A DNA stretch of 57,413 bases from an uncultured Planctomycetales bacterium (GCA_964608955.1 CAZSQC010000001.1:6959-64371), one strand, 5' to 3'; numbered from the stretch's first letter, positions 26,658 through 36,958 are shown. Notes: a model not told the origin generated them from the sequence alone. Numbers and translations are program-made.

Positions 26658-27329
26658 CTATAATCTTTCATTAAGCCATTGCGCTGCCCGGAGATATACG
26701 CTCTCCGGAGCTATGGTATGCCCGCCTTCGAATTCAATCCATTCTGTCTGCCAGCCGTTATTCTTTAGAAAACTATTGTCCCTCCTCATCTCCTGGTAGC
26801 GGAAATCAGAAGGGCTGGCTAAGAATACTGCCAGTTTATTCTTCGGATAATAGTAAGATTTTCCTGTGGCGTAATGTTCGCTTATCATACCGGTATTTAT
26901 TACCACCGCCCTTATTAACTTCGGATAAGCCATCGAAAGATAGTGGCTAGACATCCCGCCTCCGGAGAATCCGGTTGCCACCACTTTTCTTTCATCAACA
27001 GGATAAGATAATATTACATTCCTTATGGTATTTGAAAATATATTCCCGATTTCTTTAAAATCCATTCCGTTTTTGTGCTGCCTGGAGGAAAGTATTATCC
27101 ACTTGTATTTATCCGCTACTGCCTGCCATGGCCTTAGCATAGACTCTGCGTTGGCGCTCGGCGATAAAGCCACAACCAAAGGGTATTTGGCTGACTCATT
27201 AATCCCTTCGGGTAAATAAATGATATAGGAACCGTTATCTATCTTTCTTGCCTCCTCTGACCCTTCACAAACATTTACCGTAGTAAGTAAAGCGCAAAAA
27301 ATGCAAAAACTAATTACGTAATTCTTCAT
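26658..27329 (-). CDS. secreted alpha/beta hydrolase (esterase family)
   Basis: Signal peptide and nucleophile elbow GFSGGG. Its start overlaps the upstream gene by 4 nt. Confidence 0.7.
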   Translation of the reverse strand: MKNYVISFCIFCALLTTVNVCEGSEEARKIDNGSYIIYLPEGINESAKYPLVVALSPSANAESMLRPWQAVADKYKWIILSSRQHKNGMDFKEIGNIFSNTIRNVILSYPVDERKVVATGFSGGGMSSHYLSMAYPKLIRAVVINTGMISEHYATGKSYYYPKNKLAVFLASPSDFRYQEMRRDNSFLKNNGWQTEWIEFEGGHTIAPESVYLRAAQWLNERL

Positions 27330-28249
27330 TTTATTCTCTCCAAAGCCTTATTATCAGGGTAAATTTCTTTTATCCTCCTGCCCTTTTCGAAGATTATTCT
27401 TTTCTTAACCGTTCCGTCCGGATTATAAAGAATAAAAGTGCCATGCTCCTTACCGTCTTCATAAGGCCCTTCTTCTTTTAAAGACCCCTGCGGATAATAG
27501 AAATAATGCATTCCGTTGATTTTACCTTTCTTAAATACTGCTTTTTCCTGAAGAGCGCCGCTTTCATAATACCAGCTGCTATCTCCTTCTTCCATTCCGT
27601 TAATATAAATCGTCTTTTCCTTTAAGTTTCCGTTTTCGTAATACCACAGGCATTCGCCGTTACGCTTGCCATTAAGATAAAGCAGTTCGGATTTCACGCG
27701 GCCAGAACCGGGGTAATAATACACCCATTTACCGTCGTATGCGTCATTCTTAAAAAACCCTTTTTTTTCTATCTTATTTGTATCTTGGTGGTAGTATATT
27801 GCTTCTCCTTCTTTCTTGCCGTTTACGAAATCTACCTCCGCCTTTATGTTTCCTTGAGGGTAATACCACTTAAATCTCCCGTCTTCTTTTCCGTTAAGGT
27901 AAACGCCTTCGGCTTTTAAATTACCGTTTTCGTAATACCAAGAGCGCTTTTTGGTTTCTTCATCTTCCCTGTAAGTAATAGCCTTTCCTGCGCCTGTTCC
28001 AAAATTACCTCCCGCACCAAAACTTTTAACTCCGGAAAGATTACTCTTCTTGTAAAGAGAATTTGTTTTTCTGTCAAAACTATATTTTTTTAACCTTTCA
28101 ATGAAAGCAACAGCCTTAACGCGCACAAAGGCATTGGCCAGAAAGAGAGCCATGCCAAATATAAGAATCTTTACCCCAAGCCTTGCGAATAAAGGAGGCC
28201 TTGATGGATCGTTAATATTCATAGGGTATTTAGCCGATTTTTTCTCCAT
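27326..28249 (-). CDS. membrane-anchored MORN-repeat-variant protein (YwqK-like)
   Basis: N-terminal TM helix followed by about 7 repeats of the form W.YYY.nG.lK.E..Y.NGK..G. Confidence 0.75.
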   Translation of the reverse strand: MEKKSAKYPMNINDPSRPPLFARLGVKILIFGMALFLANAFVRVKAVAFIERLKKYSFDRKTNSLYKKSNLSGVKSFGAGGNFGTGAGKAITYREDEETKKRSWYYENGNLKAEGVYLNGKEDGRFKWYYPQGNIKAEVDFVNGKKEGEAIYYHQDTNKIEKKGFFKNDAYDGKWVYYYPGSGRVKSELLYLNGKRNGECLWYYENGNLKEKTIYINGMEEGDSSWYYESGALQEKAVFKKGKINGMHYFYYPQGSLKEEGPYEDGKEHGTFILYNPDGTVKKRIIFEKGRRIKEIYPDNKALERIK

Positions 28250-28254
28250 TAAGC

Positions 28255-29502
28255 TTAGATTCCTCTGAATTCTCCCACAACGAACAAAGAACCCGTAACG
28301 AGAATTAAATCATTCTTACCTGCTAAGCGCATTGCTTTTTCTTTGGCTTCTCTTACGCTCTCGGTAATGCAATAATTTTTATCCCGCAGATACCCCGCTA
28401 TAATACGCGTGTCCATCGCCCTCTTGCTTTTTGCTTTAGTAATTATAAAGTTGTCCGCAAAACCCCTGATGATCCTGCTTATACCTGCAATATCCTTATC
28501 GGAAGATAAACCGATTATCAAAATTATTTTATCGTAATTAAAATTGTCCCTGATTGCCTTTATCAGCGCCTTAATTGAGGCAACGTTTTGAGCGCCGTCA
28601 ATGACGACAAAAGGCTTTTTTTTAAGGATCTCGCACCTTCCGGGCCAAGAAGTATTATAAAGCCCTTTTTTGATTACTTCAATACCCGGATTTATTTTAA
28701 GGGAAAGCACCGCCTTAACGGCTACTGCCGCGTTTACCAATTGATGCTCTCCGATAAGCCTGATTTTAAATTTTTGTATTTTCTTGACCTCAAAAAGCTT
28801 TGCGTTAAATTTACCGCACCGTAAGCGTAAGGCGCTTAAGGCTTCTTCTTCCTGCGGCGCGATAACCACTATTGCTCCATTTTTTTTAATAATACCGGCT
28901 TTCTCATAAGCTATTCTTTTTAAGGTTTTCCCTAACTTATCAGTGTGCTCGTAACTTATCGGGGTAATTACGCAAAGTTCAGAATCAACTGCATTGGTTG
29001 CGTCCAACCTTCCCCCTAAACCGGTTTCTAATACCGCAAAATCTATGCTGTTGTTCTTAAAATAGAGGAAGGCTAAAGCAGTATAAACTTCAAAGAATGT
29101 CAGCGGCCGTAGTTTGGATTTACGGTTATATTCCTTTATCAGCGGTTTTAAAAAAACTACCAGCCTTGTTAATTCTTCTTTAGTTATCATCCCCTCAAAT
29201 CCGCCTTCTTTTCTACCGGGGAGTATTCTAATCCTCTCCCTGAAATCCGTAAGATGCGGAGAGGTATAAAGACCCACCTTAAAACCGGCCTCTTTTAATA
29301 TATAAGATATGAAGGCACAAGTAGACCCCTTACCCTTAGTACCAGCTACATGTATACTCTTAAAAGAATCCTGCGGGTTACCGAGCAGGCAGAGAAAAGA
29401 CTTGATACGGGAAAGCTTACAAGATTTATTATACCTGTAGGATCTTATGTTTTCGTAATTTATAAACGAAGCTAAATAGCGCGCTGCCTGCTGGTAGGTC
29501 AT
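28255..29502 (-). CDS. folC: bifunctional folylpolyglutamate synthase/dihydrofolate synthase
   Basis: 415 aa with Mur-ligase P-loop HVAGTKGKGST. Confidence 0.9.
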   Translation of the reverse strand: MTYQQAARYLASFINYENIRSYRYNKSCKLSRIKSFLCLLGNPQDSFKSIHVAGTKGKGSTCAFISYILKEAGFKVGLYTSPHLTDFRERIRILPGRKEGGFEGMITKEELTRLVVFLKPLIKEYNRKSKLRPLTFFEVYTALAFLYFKNNSIDFAVLETGLGGRLDATNAVDSELCVITPISYEHTDKLGKTLKRIAYEKAGIIKKNGAIVVIAPQEEEALSALRLRCGKFNAKLFEVKKIQKFKIRLIGEHQLVNAAVAVKAVLSLKINPGIEVIKKGLYNTSWPGRCEILKKKPFVVIDGAQNVASIKALIKAIRDNFNYDKIILIIGLSSDKDIAGISRIIRGFADNFIITKAKSKRAMDTRIIAGYLRDKNYCITESVREAKEKAMRLAGKNDLILVTGSLFVVGEFRGI

Positions 29503-29514
29503 ACAATGGCAAGA

Positions 29515-31074
29515 TTAATGCTTAAAGTGTCTTATCCCGGTTGTTACCATGGATATCCCGCTCCTATCGCAAGCTTTGATAATTTCATTGTCCGCTATGG
29601 AGCCCCCGGGCTGGATTATGGACTTTATTCCTGCCTTGGCACAGCAAACGATAGAATCCGGTTTGGGAAAGAAAGCATCGGAAGCAAGGCATGAATTCCT
29701 GGAATTTTTTCCGGCTTTTCTTATTGCTATAATAACGGATTCGACCCTGGACATCTGCCCGGCGCCGATTCCAACTGTCCTTGTCCCCTTAGTCAAAACA
29801 ATTGCATTAGACTTAACATGTTTTGCAACTTTCCATCCCAAAATAAGACTATCTATCTGACTTTTTGTAGGAGTCTTTTTTGTAACCGACCTCAGGCACT
29901 TCGGGTTAAGTCCCGCTAAATCTTTGTCCTGCAACAAAAGTCCCTGGCCGATTCTCTTAAAATCAACCTCATTAATAACGTTTAAATTGTTAAGCTCTAG
30001 TATGCGCAAATTCTTTTTATCCTTAAATAACCCTAATGCCTTTTTATCGTATTCCGGTGCTACTATGCACTCTAAAAACCCGCTCTTTAATATAATCCTT
30101 GCGGTATCAATATCCAGCTTTTTACTCAAAGCAACAATACCGCCGAAAGCGGAAAGCTTATCGCAAGACCAGGCATCCGAATATGCCTTACTTAAATTAG
30201 GGCCCTGGGCAACCCCGCAGGGATTATTATGCTTTACGATTACTGCCGCTGCATTAGGAACAAACTCTTTTATTAGCTCAACTGCGGCGTTAAGATCCAG
30301 TATATTGTTGAAAGAAAGCTCTTTACCCTGGAGCTGTTTCAAATCAACCAATTGCCCGCTTTTGCCCTTTTCTCTATAAAGAGACGCCTTTTGGTGCGGA
30401 TTCTCACCGTAACGCAGGTCCTGAATCTTCTCAAAATAAAGGCTGAGATTGTCGGGAAACTGCACGCTATCAACCTGGGCGTTAAACTGCCGGCTTAGAT
30501 AATCGTAGATCTGCGCATCATAGGAAGAGGTATGCTTAAAGACTTCAACCCCAAGTTTTCTTAGAAACCCCTCCGGCAGAGCGCCGTTATTTTCCCTTAA
30601 CTCTTTTATTACCTCAGGGTAGCTCCCAGGCTCACACACCACTGCTACAGAACGGTAATTCTTTGCTGCGGAGCGCAACATTGAAGGCCCGCCTATATCA
30701 ATATTCTCTATAACTTCTTCTATCCCTACCCCGGGCCTGCAGACCGTCTGGGCAAAAGGATATAGGTTAACTACTACCATATCAATAAGTTCAAAATTAT
30801 TCTTTTTTATTGCTTCCATATGCTCCCGGTTTTCGCGTAAAGCAAGAAGCCCGGCATGGACTTTAGGATGAAGGGTTTTTACGCGGCCGTTGAGCATCTC
30901 GGGGAATCCCGTATACTCCGAGATATCCTTCACCGGTATTTTATTCTCTTTTAGTAGCTTGGCCGTACCGCCGGTGGAGATAATCTCAACCCCAAAAGAA
31001 TTCAATTCCCGTGCTAAATCAATTACTCCTGTTTTATCTGAAACGCTTATGAGCGCACGTTTAATCTTAGGCAT
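29515..31074 (-). CDS. purH: bifunctional AICAR formyltransferase/IMP cyclohydrolase
   Basis: 519 aa. N-terminal ALISVSDKTG MGS-like domain, and the end ...GIRHFKH is typical of PurH. Confidence 0.95.
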   Translation of the reverse strand: MPKIKRALISVSDKTGVIDLARELNSFGVEIISTGGTAKLLKENKIPVKDISEYTGFPEMLNGRVKTLHPKVHAGLLALRENREHMEAIKKNNFELIDMVVVNLYPFAQTVCRPGVGIEEVIENIDIGGPSMLRSAAKNYRSVAVVCEPGSYPEVIKELRENNGALPEGFLRKLGVEVFKHTSSYDAQIYDYLSRQFNAQVDSVQFPDNLSLYFEKIQDLRYGENPHQKASLYREKGKSGQLVDLKQLQGKELSFNNILDLNAAVELIKEFVPNAAAVIVKHNNPCGVAQGPNLSKAYSDAWSCDKLSAFGGIVALSKKLDIDTARIILKSGFLECIVAPEYDKKALGLFKDKKNLRILELNNLNVINEVDFKRIGQGLLLQDKDLAGLNPKCLRSVTKKTPTKSQIDSLILGWKVAKHVKSNAIVLTKGTRTVGIGAGQMSRVESVIIAIRKAGKNSRNSCLASDAFFPKPDSIVCCAKAGIKSIIQPGGSIADNEIIKACDRSGISMVTTGIRHFKH

Positions 31075-31095
31075 AACAAAAACACCTCCCGAAAT

Positions 31096-31797
31096 TTACT
31101 TATTGAATCTGAAATTAACCAGGTCGCAATCCTGCATAATATAATTTTTTTGTTCCAGGCGCAGCTTTCCTGCCTGTTTAGCGCCGGTCTCCCCGCCGCA
31201 TTTTATAAAATCATCGAAGCTTATTATTTCCGCTCTTATAAAACCCTTTTGTATATCGGAATGAATGGCGCCCGAGGCCTCCCAGGCAGTCGCCCCGTTT
31301 CTTATAAGCCAGGCCCTGCTTTCTTTCTCGCCGGTTGTAAAAAAGCTTATAAAACCGCTTTTCTTAAATACATCGAAAATTAACTGCTCGGGAGAATTTA
31401 AATCCTCCTGTCCGGCGGTTATCACGGGTTTTAAGGTTATCAGACCATACCCCGAAATAATTTTCTTTTCCTCTTCGTTTAATGAAAGGCTGGAGATAAA
31501 CTCTTCCTTTTCAAGAACCTCTCTAAACCTGTTAAGAAGCGATTTTTCTTCCTCCGAAGAAGTTTTAGAAAGCCTGTTTTCGACAAAATCTAGATCCGCA
31601 AGAATAAGATCTGCGCGCGAATCAGGAGCAACCAGAACAACATCCGCATCAAGAAACTTATCTGCTCCGATTAAATCCGCCTGGATATAGACTTTTTTCT
31701 TGGATTTAGTGATTTTGTCAACCTGATCCAGCCTTTCGTCTTTAATGTTGCACTTACCCAAAGAAATACCGGGCATCGAAAATAATGCGATTTTCAT
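31096..31797 (-). CDS. YchF-related protein with degenerate, shortened G domain (DUF933/TGS C-terminal part retained)
   Basis: 233 aa. C-terminal FFTTGEKESRAW...AIHSDIQKGFIRAEIISFDDF...GKLRLEQKNYIMQDCDLVNFRFN matches YchF closely. The N-terminus reads FSMPGISLGKCN where YchF has GLPNVGKST, and about 130 aa of G domain are absent. Confidence 0.75.
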   Translation of the reverse strand: MKIALFSMPGISLGKCNIKDERLDQVDKITKSKKKVYIQADLIGADKFLDADVVLVAPDSRADLILADLDFVENRLSKTSSEEEKSLLNRFREVLEKEEFISSLSLNEEEKKIISGYGLITLKPVITAGQEDLNSPEQLIFDVFKKSGFISFFTTGEKESRAWLIRNGATAWEASGAIHSDIQKGFIRAEIISFDDFIKCGGETGAKQAGKLRLEQKNYIMQDCDLVNFRFNK

Positions 31798-31800
31798 AAA

Positions 31801-33753
31801 TTATTCTTCCTGTTTTTTTGTAGATTGGTAATGCGCGATTATTGGCGAGGATACCTTGTGCGGCACCTCTTCGTAATGCGAAAAATGCATGGTATAAACA
31901 CCCCTGCCGCCGGTAATCGACTTTAAATCGTTAGCATACTTGAACATTTCAGAGAGAGGCACCTGAGCCTTAACTATCTGTTGCTTCCCCTTAATTTCCA
32001 TCCCCATAATCCTTCCCCTTCTGGAGTTGATGTCCCCGGAGATAGCTCCGAGGAATTCTTCGGGGATCGCTACTTCTACATCCATAATCGGTTCTAACAA
32101 CACCGGCCCGGCATCCATAACGGCTTTTCTTAAAGCCATTGCGCCGGCAATTTGAAAGGCCATATCAGAAGAGTCAACTTCATGATATGAACCGTCTACC
32201 AAAGTTACCTTGATATCTTCTATAGGATAACCTGCCACCGCTCCCTCTAAAGCCGCCTGCCTGACGCCTTTTTCAACCGAAGGTATATAATTGCGCGGTA
32301 TGGCCCCTCCGAAAATCTTGTCTACAAATTCAAGCCCCTTACCTCTGGGCAAAGGAGAAACCTCAATCCAACAATCTCCGTATTGGCCGCGGCCTCCTGA
32401 TTGCCTCTTAAATTTACCCTGAACTTTTATACTCTTTGTTATTGTCTCCTTGTAAGAAACCTTAGGAGTCCCGAGCTCTACAGATACATTAAAACGTTTC
32501 TTTAACCTCCCGACCATTACCGAAAGATGCAAATCTCCTAAGCCGGATATAATAAGCTCCTTTGTTTGCGGGTCGTGGGTTACCTTAAAAGTAGAGTCTT
32601 CCGCAGCGAGCTTATGCAAGGCATCCGAAATCTTTTCTTCATCCTCCCTGGACTTAGGCTTTACTGAAGCGGATATTGCCGCCTCGGGGAAAATTAACGG
32701 ATCAAATAAGAACTGTTCTTTCTCTCCGGAAACCGAATCGGAAACCTGTGTATCTTTTAATTTGGCTAAAGCGATAATATCCCCGCAGCCGGCGGTATCG
32801 ATATTCCTCTGTTCTTTGCCCTGCAGAATATGTATCTGGCCTATTCTTTCTTTTACTTTTTTATTCACATTGTAAAAATTTGTATTCGAAGCAAGCGAGC
32901 CTGAAAAGACCCTTAAAAGGCTTAACTGCCCGACATAAGGATCCGAAATATTCTTAAATACAAAAGCCGAAAAAGGCGCATCCTCCTTTAACGCGACATC
33001 TTTTTTCTCCTGCGAGTTAAGAGGGTTAACGGCTGAGACTGCGGGCCTTTGTGTCGGATCAGGCAAATACTGTATAATATCCTCCAAAAGGTCTTTTACC
33101 CCCTTATCATTTAAAGCAGAGCCTACGATTACCGGAAAGAGTTTGCGCTTTAAAACCGCCTGGGCAAGCCCGCCCTTAATTTCATCGACAGAAAGCCTTA
33201 AAACCGCCAGGTATTTTTCCAGCAAGCTGTCGTCACTCTCGGCGATTGCCTCCATCAAAAGAGGATCCTCCAATGATTCGATAATAATGCAATTCTTGGA
33301 AAGTCCGGATTTTAAGTCTGCCAGGACGCCGTTAACATCAATCCCTTCTTTATCGGACTTATTAATAAATATCATACACGGCAGATTAGCCTCTTGCGTC
33401 ATCTCCCATGCTTTTTCAGTCCCTACCTGCACGCCGCTTGCAGCATCAACTACTATAATGGCGCTGTCAACTGCGCGTATCCCGCAGGTAACTTCCCCGG
33501 AAAAATCTGTATAACCCGGTGTATCTATAATTTGCATCCTGTTACCTTGATATTCACAGTAAAGAAGACTTAAGTTTATAGAGTTCTTTTTCTCTATTTC
33601 GTCAAAACTATAATCGCTTACGGTAGTACCGTCTTCTATTTTTCCTTTGCGGTTGGTGGCTTTGCAGTAATAAAGCAGACTTTCAGCAAGGGTAGTCTTT
33701 CCTGACTGGGCATGCCCTAAAAGGATAAAATTACGCTTGGATTTAGGATCCAT
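31801..33753 (-). CDS. EF-G family translational GTPase paralog
   Basis: 650 aa. Motifs G1 GHAQSGKTT, G3 DTPGYTDF and G4 NKSD, with domains II-V recognisable. It diverges from the second EF-G in the window and is shorter than canonical EF-G. Confidence 0.85.
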   Translation of the reverse strand: MDPKSKRNFILLGHAQSGKTTLAESLLYYCKATNRKGKIEDGTTVSDYSFDEIEKKNSINLSLLYCEYQGNRMQIIDTPGYTDFSGEVTCGIRAVDSAIIVVDAASGVQVGTEKAWEMTQEANLPCMIFINKSDKEGIDVNGVLADLKSGLSKNCIIIESLEDPLLMEAIAESDDSLLEKYLAVLRLSVDEIKGGLAQAVLKRKLFPVIVGSALNDKGVKDLLEDIIQYLPDPTQRPAVSAVNPLNSQEKKDVALKEDAPFSAFVFKNISDPYVGQLSLLRVFSGSLASNTNFYNVNKKVKERIGQIHILQGKEQRNIDTAGCGDIIALAKLKDTQVSDSVSGEKEQFLFDPLIFPEAAISASVKPKSREDEEKISDALHKLAAEDSTFKVTHDPQTKELIISGLGDLHLSVMVGRLKKRFNVSVELGTPKVSYKETITKSIKVQGKFKRQSGGRGQYGDCWIEVSPLPRGKGLEFVDKIFGGAIPRNYIPSVEKGVRQAALEGAVAGYPIEDIKVTLVDGSYHEVDSSDMAFQIAGAMALRKAVMDAGPVLLEPIMDVEVAIPEEFLGAISGDINSRRGRIMGMEIKGKQQIVKAQVPLSEMFKYANDLKSITGGRGVYTMHFSHYEEVPHKVSSPIIAHYQSTKKQEE

Positions 33754-33771
33754 AAAAATGAGTTCCTAAAA

Positions 33772-34959
33772 TTATTCCAGGTAAGTATAAATCTTGCCTT
33801 TGTAATTACGCAGGACATATTTTCCTTTGGCCTGCGATAATATATAATTGGGTCCTACGGGAATTTTTCCTCCCCCACCCGGTCCGTCTATAACATAGGT
33901 AGGCACTGCGTAACCCGAAGTGTGCCCGCGCAGTTTCTCCATTATATTTATTCCCGCTGCAACAGGAGTCCTGAAATGTTGCGTACCTCTAACCGGGTCA
34001 CACTGGTATATGTAATAAGGCCTTACTCTTATCTGCAGCAACTCATGGACGAGCTTTTTCATTATGTAGGGACGGTCATTAATCCCTTTAAGCAGCACTG
34101 TCTGGGACCCTAACGGAACACCCGCCTCGGAGAGCATATCACAGGCTATTTTACAGCGCTTTGTAATCTCTTTCGGGTGATTAAAATGTATACTCATCCA
34201 TATCGGAGCATATTTTTTAAAGATGTTTACAAGCTTATCCGTGATGCGCTGCGGAAGTGTCACCGGAATTCTGGTGCCTAACCTTAAAAGCTCCACATGC
34301 GATATTGAACGGATCTTCTGAATTAAATCCTCTAATGCTTCATCTTCCAGAGTTAATGGATCGCCTCCGGAGATAAGCACATCGCGTATTTTACGGTTAC
34401 TCTTTATGTATTCTATTGCTGCATCAAACCTGCCGGAAGCGCCGGATTCTTTCTCTTGATGATCGCCTACCAGCCTGCGGCGGGTGCAATGCCTGCAGTA
34501 CATTGCGCAATGGTCGGTAGAAAGCAAAAGTACCCTATCCGGATAACGATGGACTAAATTCGGAGCGGGAGAATCTCTGTCTTCGGCGCAAGGATCAGTC
34601 ATTTCATGGGGAGAAACTATAAATTCCTGCGCTACCGGAACAGCCTGCCTACGGATAGGACAATTCGGATCCTCCGGGTCAAGCAATGTCCCCCAGTAAG
34701 GGGTTATTGCCATAGATAACCTCCCTTTTGCCTTATCTATGCCCTTCTCCTCTTCCGGTGTCAATTGAATAACCTGGCTTAAAGCCTCTTTCGTGCAAAT
34801 CCTATTTTTTATCTGCCAATGCCAATCTTCCCAGTCAAGCGGATTAACATCTTTATAAATCGAGATCTGCTGGTAATCCCGTAATTTACGTACCGGCTTA
34901 GAAAGAATTACGGCATCGGATTGAGTTTTCTGGGTCTCGGATAATTGTATATTGCTCAA
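33772..34959 (-). CDS. kamA: KamA family radical SAM aminomutase (lysine 2,3-aminomutase-like)
   Basis: 395 aa with CAMYCRHCTRRR cluster motif and typical W.WQ..NRI N-terminal region. Confidence 0.9.
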   Translation of the reverse strand: MSNIQLSETQKTQSDAVILSKPVRKLRDYQQISIYKDVNPLDWEDWHWQIKNRICTKEALSQVIQLTPEEEKGIDKAKGRLSMAITPYWGTLLDPEDPNCPIRRQAVPVAQEFIVSPHEMTDPCAEDRDSPAPNLVHRYPDRVLLLSTDHCAMYCRHCTRRRLVGDHQEKESGASGRFDAAIEYIKSNRKIRDVLISGGDPLTLEDEALEDLIQKIRSISHVELLRLGTRIPVTLPQRITDKLVNIFKKYAPIWMSIHFNHPKEITKRCKIACDMLSEAGVPLGSQTVLLKGINDRPYIMKKLVHELLQIRVRPYYIYQCDPVRGTQHFRTPVAAGINIMEKLRGHTSGYAVPTYVIDGPGGGGKIPVGPNYILSQAKGKYVLRNYKGKIYTYLE

Positions 34960-35957
34960 TTTAGTCTTTTCCTTTCTGAGGCGCTTAAAAGTATAGCCTC
35001 AATGAGATCTTCGTATTTCATCCCTGCGGCATAAGCCATAATAGGAAAATTTGACTCTTTGGGATCAAGCCCCGGCAAAGGGTTTATCTCCAAAACATAA
35101 GGCACATTATCTTTATCAAGCCTTATATCAGTCCTGGATATATCCAGGCAGCCGACTGCGCGGTGCGTTTTAAGCGCGGCTTCCTTTACTAGATTCTCCG
35201 TTTCTCTATCTAGCCTGGCAGGACAGTAAAATTTCGGCGTAAGGCCAAGGTTCTTGTCCCCCTGAAATTCTTTCATCCTCCAGGAATAAAAATATTCTCC
35301 GCTACTATTACACTCTGAAAAATCTATCTCTAAAATAGGCAGAATCTGGGTCTTGCCATTCTCCAGGATTCCTACGGTAAGCTCTTTACCTTCAATAAAC
35401 TCCTCTACTAAAGCTTCCTGACGGTAAATATTGATCGTATCTCTGACCCTGCTTAAAAGATCCTCTTTGTTGTTCACCACATTCGCCTTATTTATCCCCT
35501 TTGCAGAGCCTTCGCAATTAGGCTTTACAATCAAAGGGAAGCGCAATGAAGAATCCAATTCATCGGTGACTCTGGAAAAAACCTGAAAGTTCGGAGTAGG
35601 GATATTTTCGGCTTTTAATATCTTCTTGGTTAGGGCCTTGTTTAAAGCAAGGGCGAGGGAAAAAGTACCGGATCCTGTATAGGGTATATTTAAATAATCT
35701 AGTATGGCTGGAACTTCTGACTCGCGGAACTTTCCGTGTTTTCCTTCCGCGATATTAAAAACCATGTCAACGTTGTTTTTTGAAAAATAAGAAAAAAGTT
35801 TAGGGTATTCTACATCTATTGTTTCAACTTTATGCCCTTTGCTTTCTAAGGCTAAGACAATCGAATTTATAGTCTCTTCGGAATCGCATTCTGAGAAATA
35901 ATCTGCCGGCTTTGATTCATCCTTCTTCTTTAAATTATAAGTCAGGGCGACTTTCAT
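34956..35957 (-). CDS. D-alanine--D-alanine ligase family ATP-grasp enzyme (paralog B)
   Basis: 333 aa. PLIVKPNCEGSAKGI, EEFIEGKELTVGIL and VLEINPLPGL are ATP-grasp motifs. A 4-nt overlap couples it to kamA. Confidence 0.85.
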   Translation of the reverse strand: MKVALTYNLKKKDESKPADYFSECDSEETINSIVLALESKGHKVETIDVEYPKLFSYFSKNNVDMVFNIAEGKHGKFRESEVPAILDYLNIPYTGSGTFSLALALNKALTKKILKAENIPTPNFQVFSRVTDELDSSLRFPLIVKPNCEGSAKGINKANVVNNKEDLLSRVRDTINIYRQEALVEEFIEGKELTVGILENGKTQILPILEIDFSECNSSGEYFYSWRMKEFQGDKNLGLTPKFYCPARLDRETENLVKEAALKTHRAVGCLDISRTDIRLDKDNVPYVLEINPLPGLDPKESNFPIMAYAAGMKYEDLIEAILLSASERKRLN

Positions 35958-36947
35958 TTAATTTAAATTATTTCTCTCTAAAGCATAATTTAAGATTCTG
36001 CCGATTATTTTTTCGTACGTGATACCGATATTCTCCGCAACAAGCTTAAAGACATCTTCCGTGGACAAAGAAGGAAGAGGATTGATCTCCAGCACATAAG
36101 GCCTGCCTTCCTGGTCCACGCGGAAATCCACCCTGCCGAAATCACGGCACTCAACCGCGTGATAGGTCTTGAGCGCAAGATCCTCGAGGCTCTTCTTTAA
36201 ATCCTGCGGTATTTTTGCCGGACAAATATATTCAAGCCTGTCCGAAGTAATCCTCGCAAAAGTATAAAATTTATCGTTTAGTTTTAGCTTTCCGTCGATC
36301 TTTATCTGGACTATAGGCAGTATTTCAGGGCTCTCATTGCCTATGATAGCCACCGTAAACTCCTGGCCGGATATAAACTCTTCCACCAAAGCTGGCTGCT
36401 TGTATGTATCTATGATGTAACCGACCTGCTGGGTTAAGTCTTCTTTTGAAGTAACGCGCGAACTTTCGCTTAAGCCTTTGGAAGAGCCTTCAAAGCGAGG
36501 CTTTACAATAAGAGGAAAATTAAAATGGTTTGCATTAACCAGCTGATCTTTGGTGTGAACTTCAAAAAATTTAGGAGTGGGTATTTTGTCGGCTATAAAG
36601 ATCTTCTTTGCCATGACTTTATCCAGAGTAATGCCGAGTGTCAGAGCATCCGCGCCCACAAAAGGGATACCTGCCATCTCCAAAATAACGGGAACCTGGG
36701 ATTCCCTGTTTCTGCCGAACATCCCCTCCGATATATTAAAAACTATATCAACCTTAAGCGAACCTAATCTTTCTAGAAGGTTACCGGCATTCCCGATTTT
36801 TTCAACCTTAAAACCGTTAGATTCGATTGCTTTCGCAATAACATCGATGGTAGAAGGATGGTCAAATTCCGCATTAGCATCTAACGGATCGCCGTCTTTA
36901 AACTTGTAATCGGTCTTTAAATCGTATGTTAAGCCTACCGTTTTCAT
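35958..36947 (-). CDS. D-alanine--D-alanine ligase family ATP-grasp enzyme (paralog A)
   Basis: 329 aa and collinear with paralog B (PLIVKPRFEGSSKGL, EEFISGQEFTVAII, VLEINPLPSL). It abuts paralog B with no gap. Confidence 0.85.
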   Translation of the reverse strand: MKTVGLTYDLKTDYKFKDGDPLDANAEFDHPSTIDVIAKAIESNGFKVEKIGNAGNLLERLGSLKVDIVFNISEGMFGRNRESQVPVILEMAGIPFVGADALTLGITLDKVMAKKIFIADKIPTPKFFEVHTKDQLVNANHFNFPLIVKPRFEGSSKGLSESSRVTSKEDLTQQVGYIIDTYKQPALVEEFISGQEFTVAIIGNESPEILPIVQIKIDGKLKLNDKFYTFARITSDRLEYICPAKIPQDLKKSLEDLALKTYHAVECRDFGRVDFRVDQEGRPYVLEINPLPSLSTEDVFKLVAENIGITYEKIIGRILNYALERNNLN

Positions 36948-36958
36948 ATTCTACAAAA

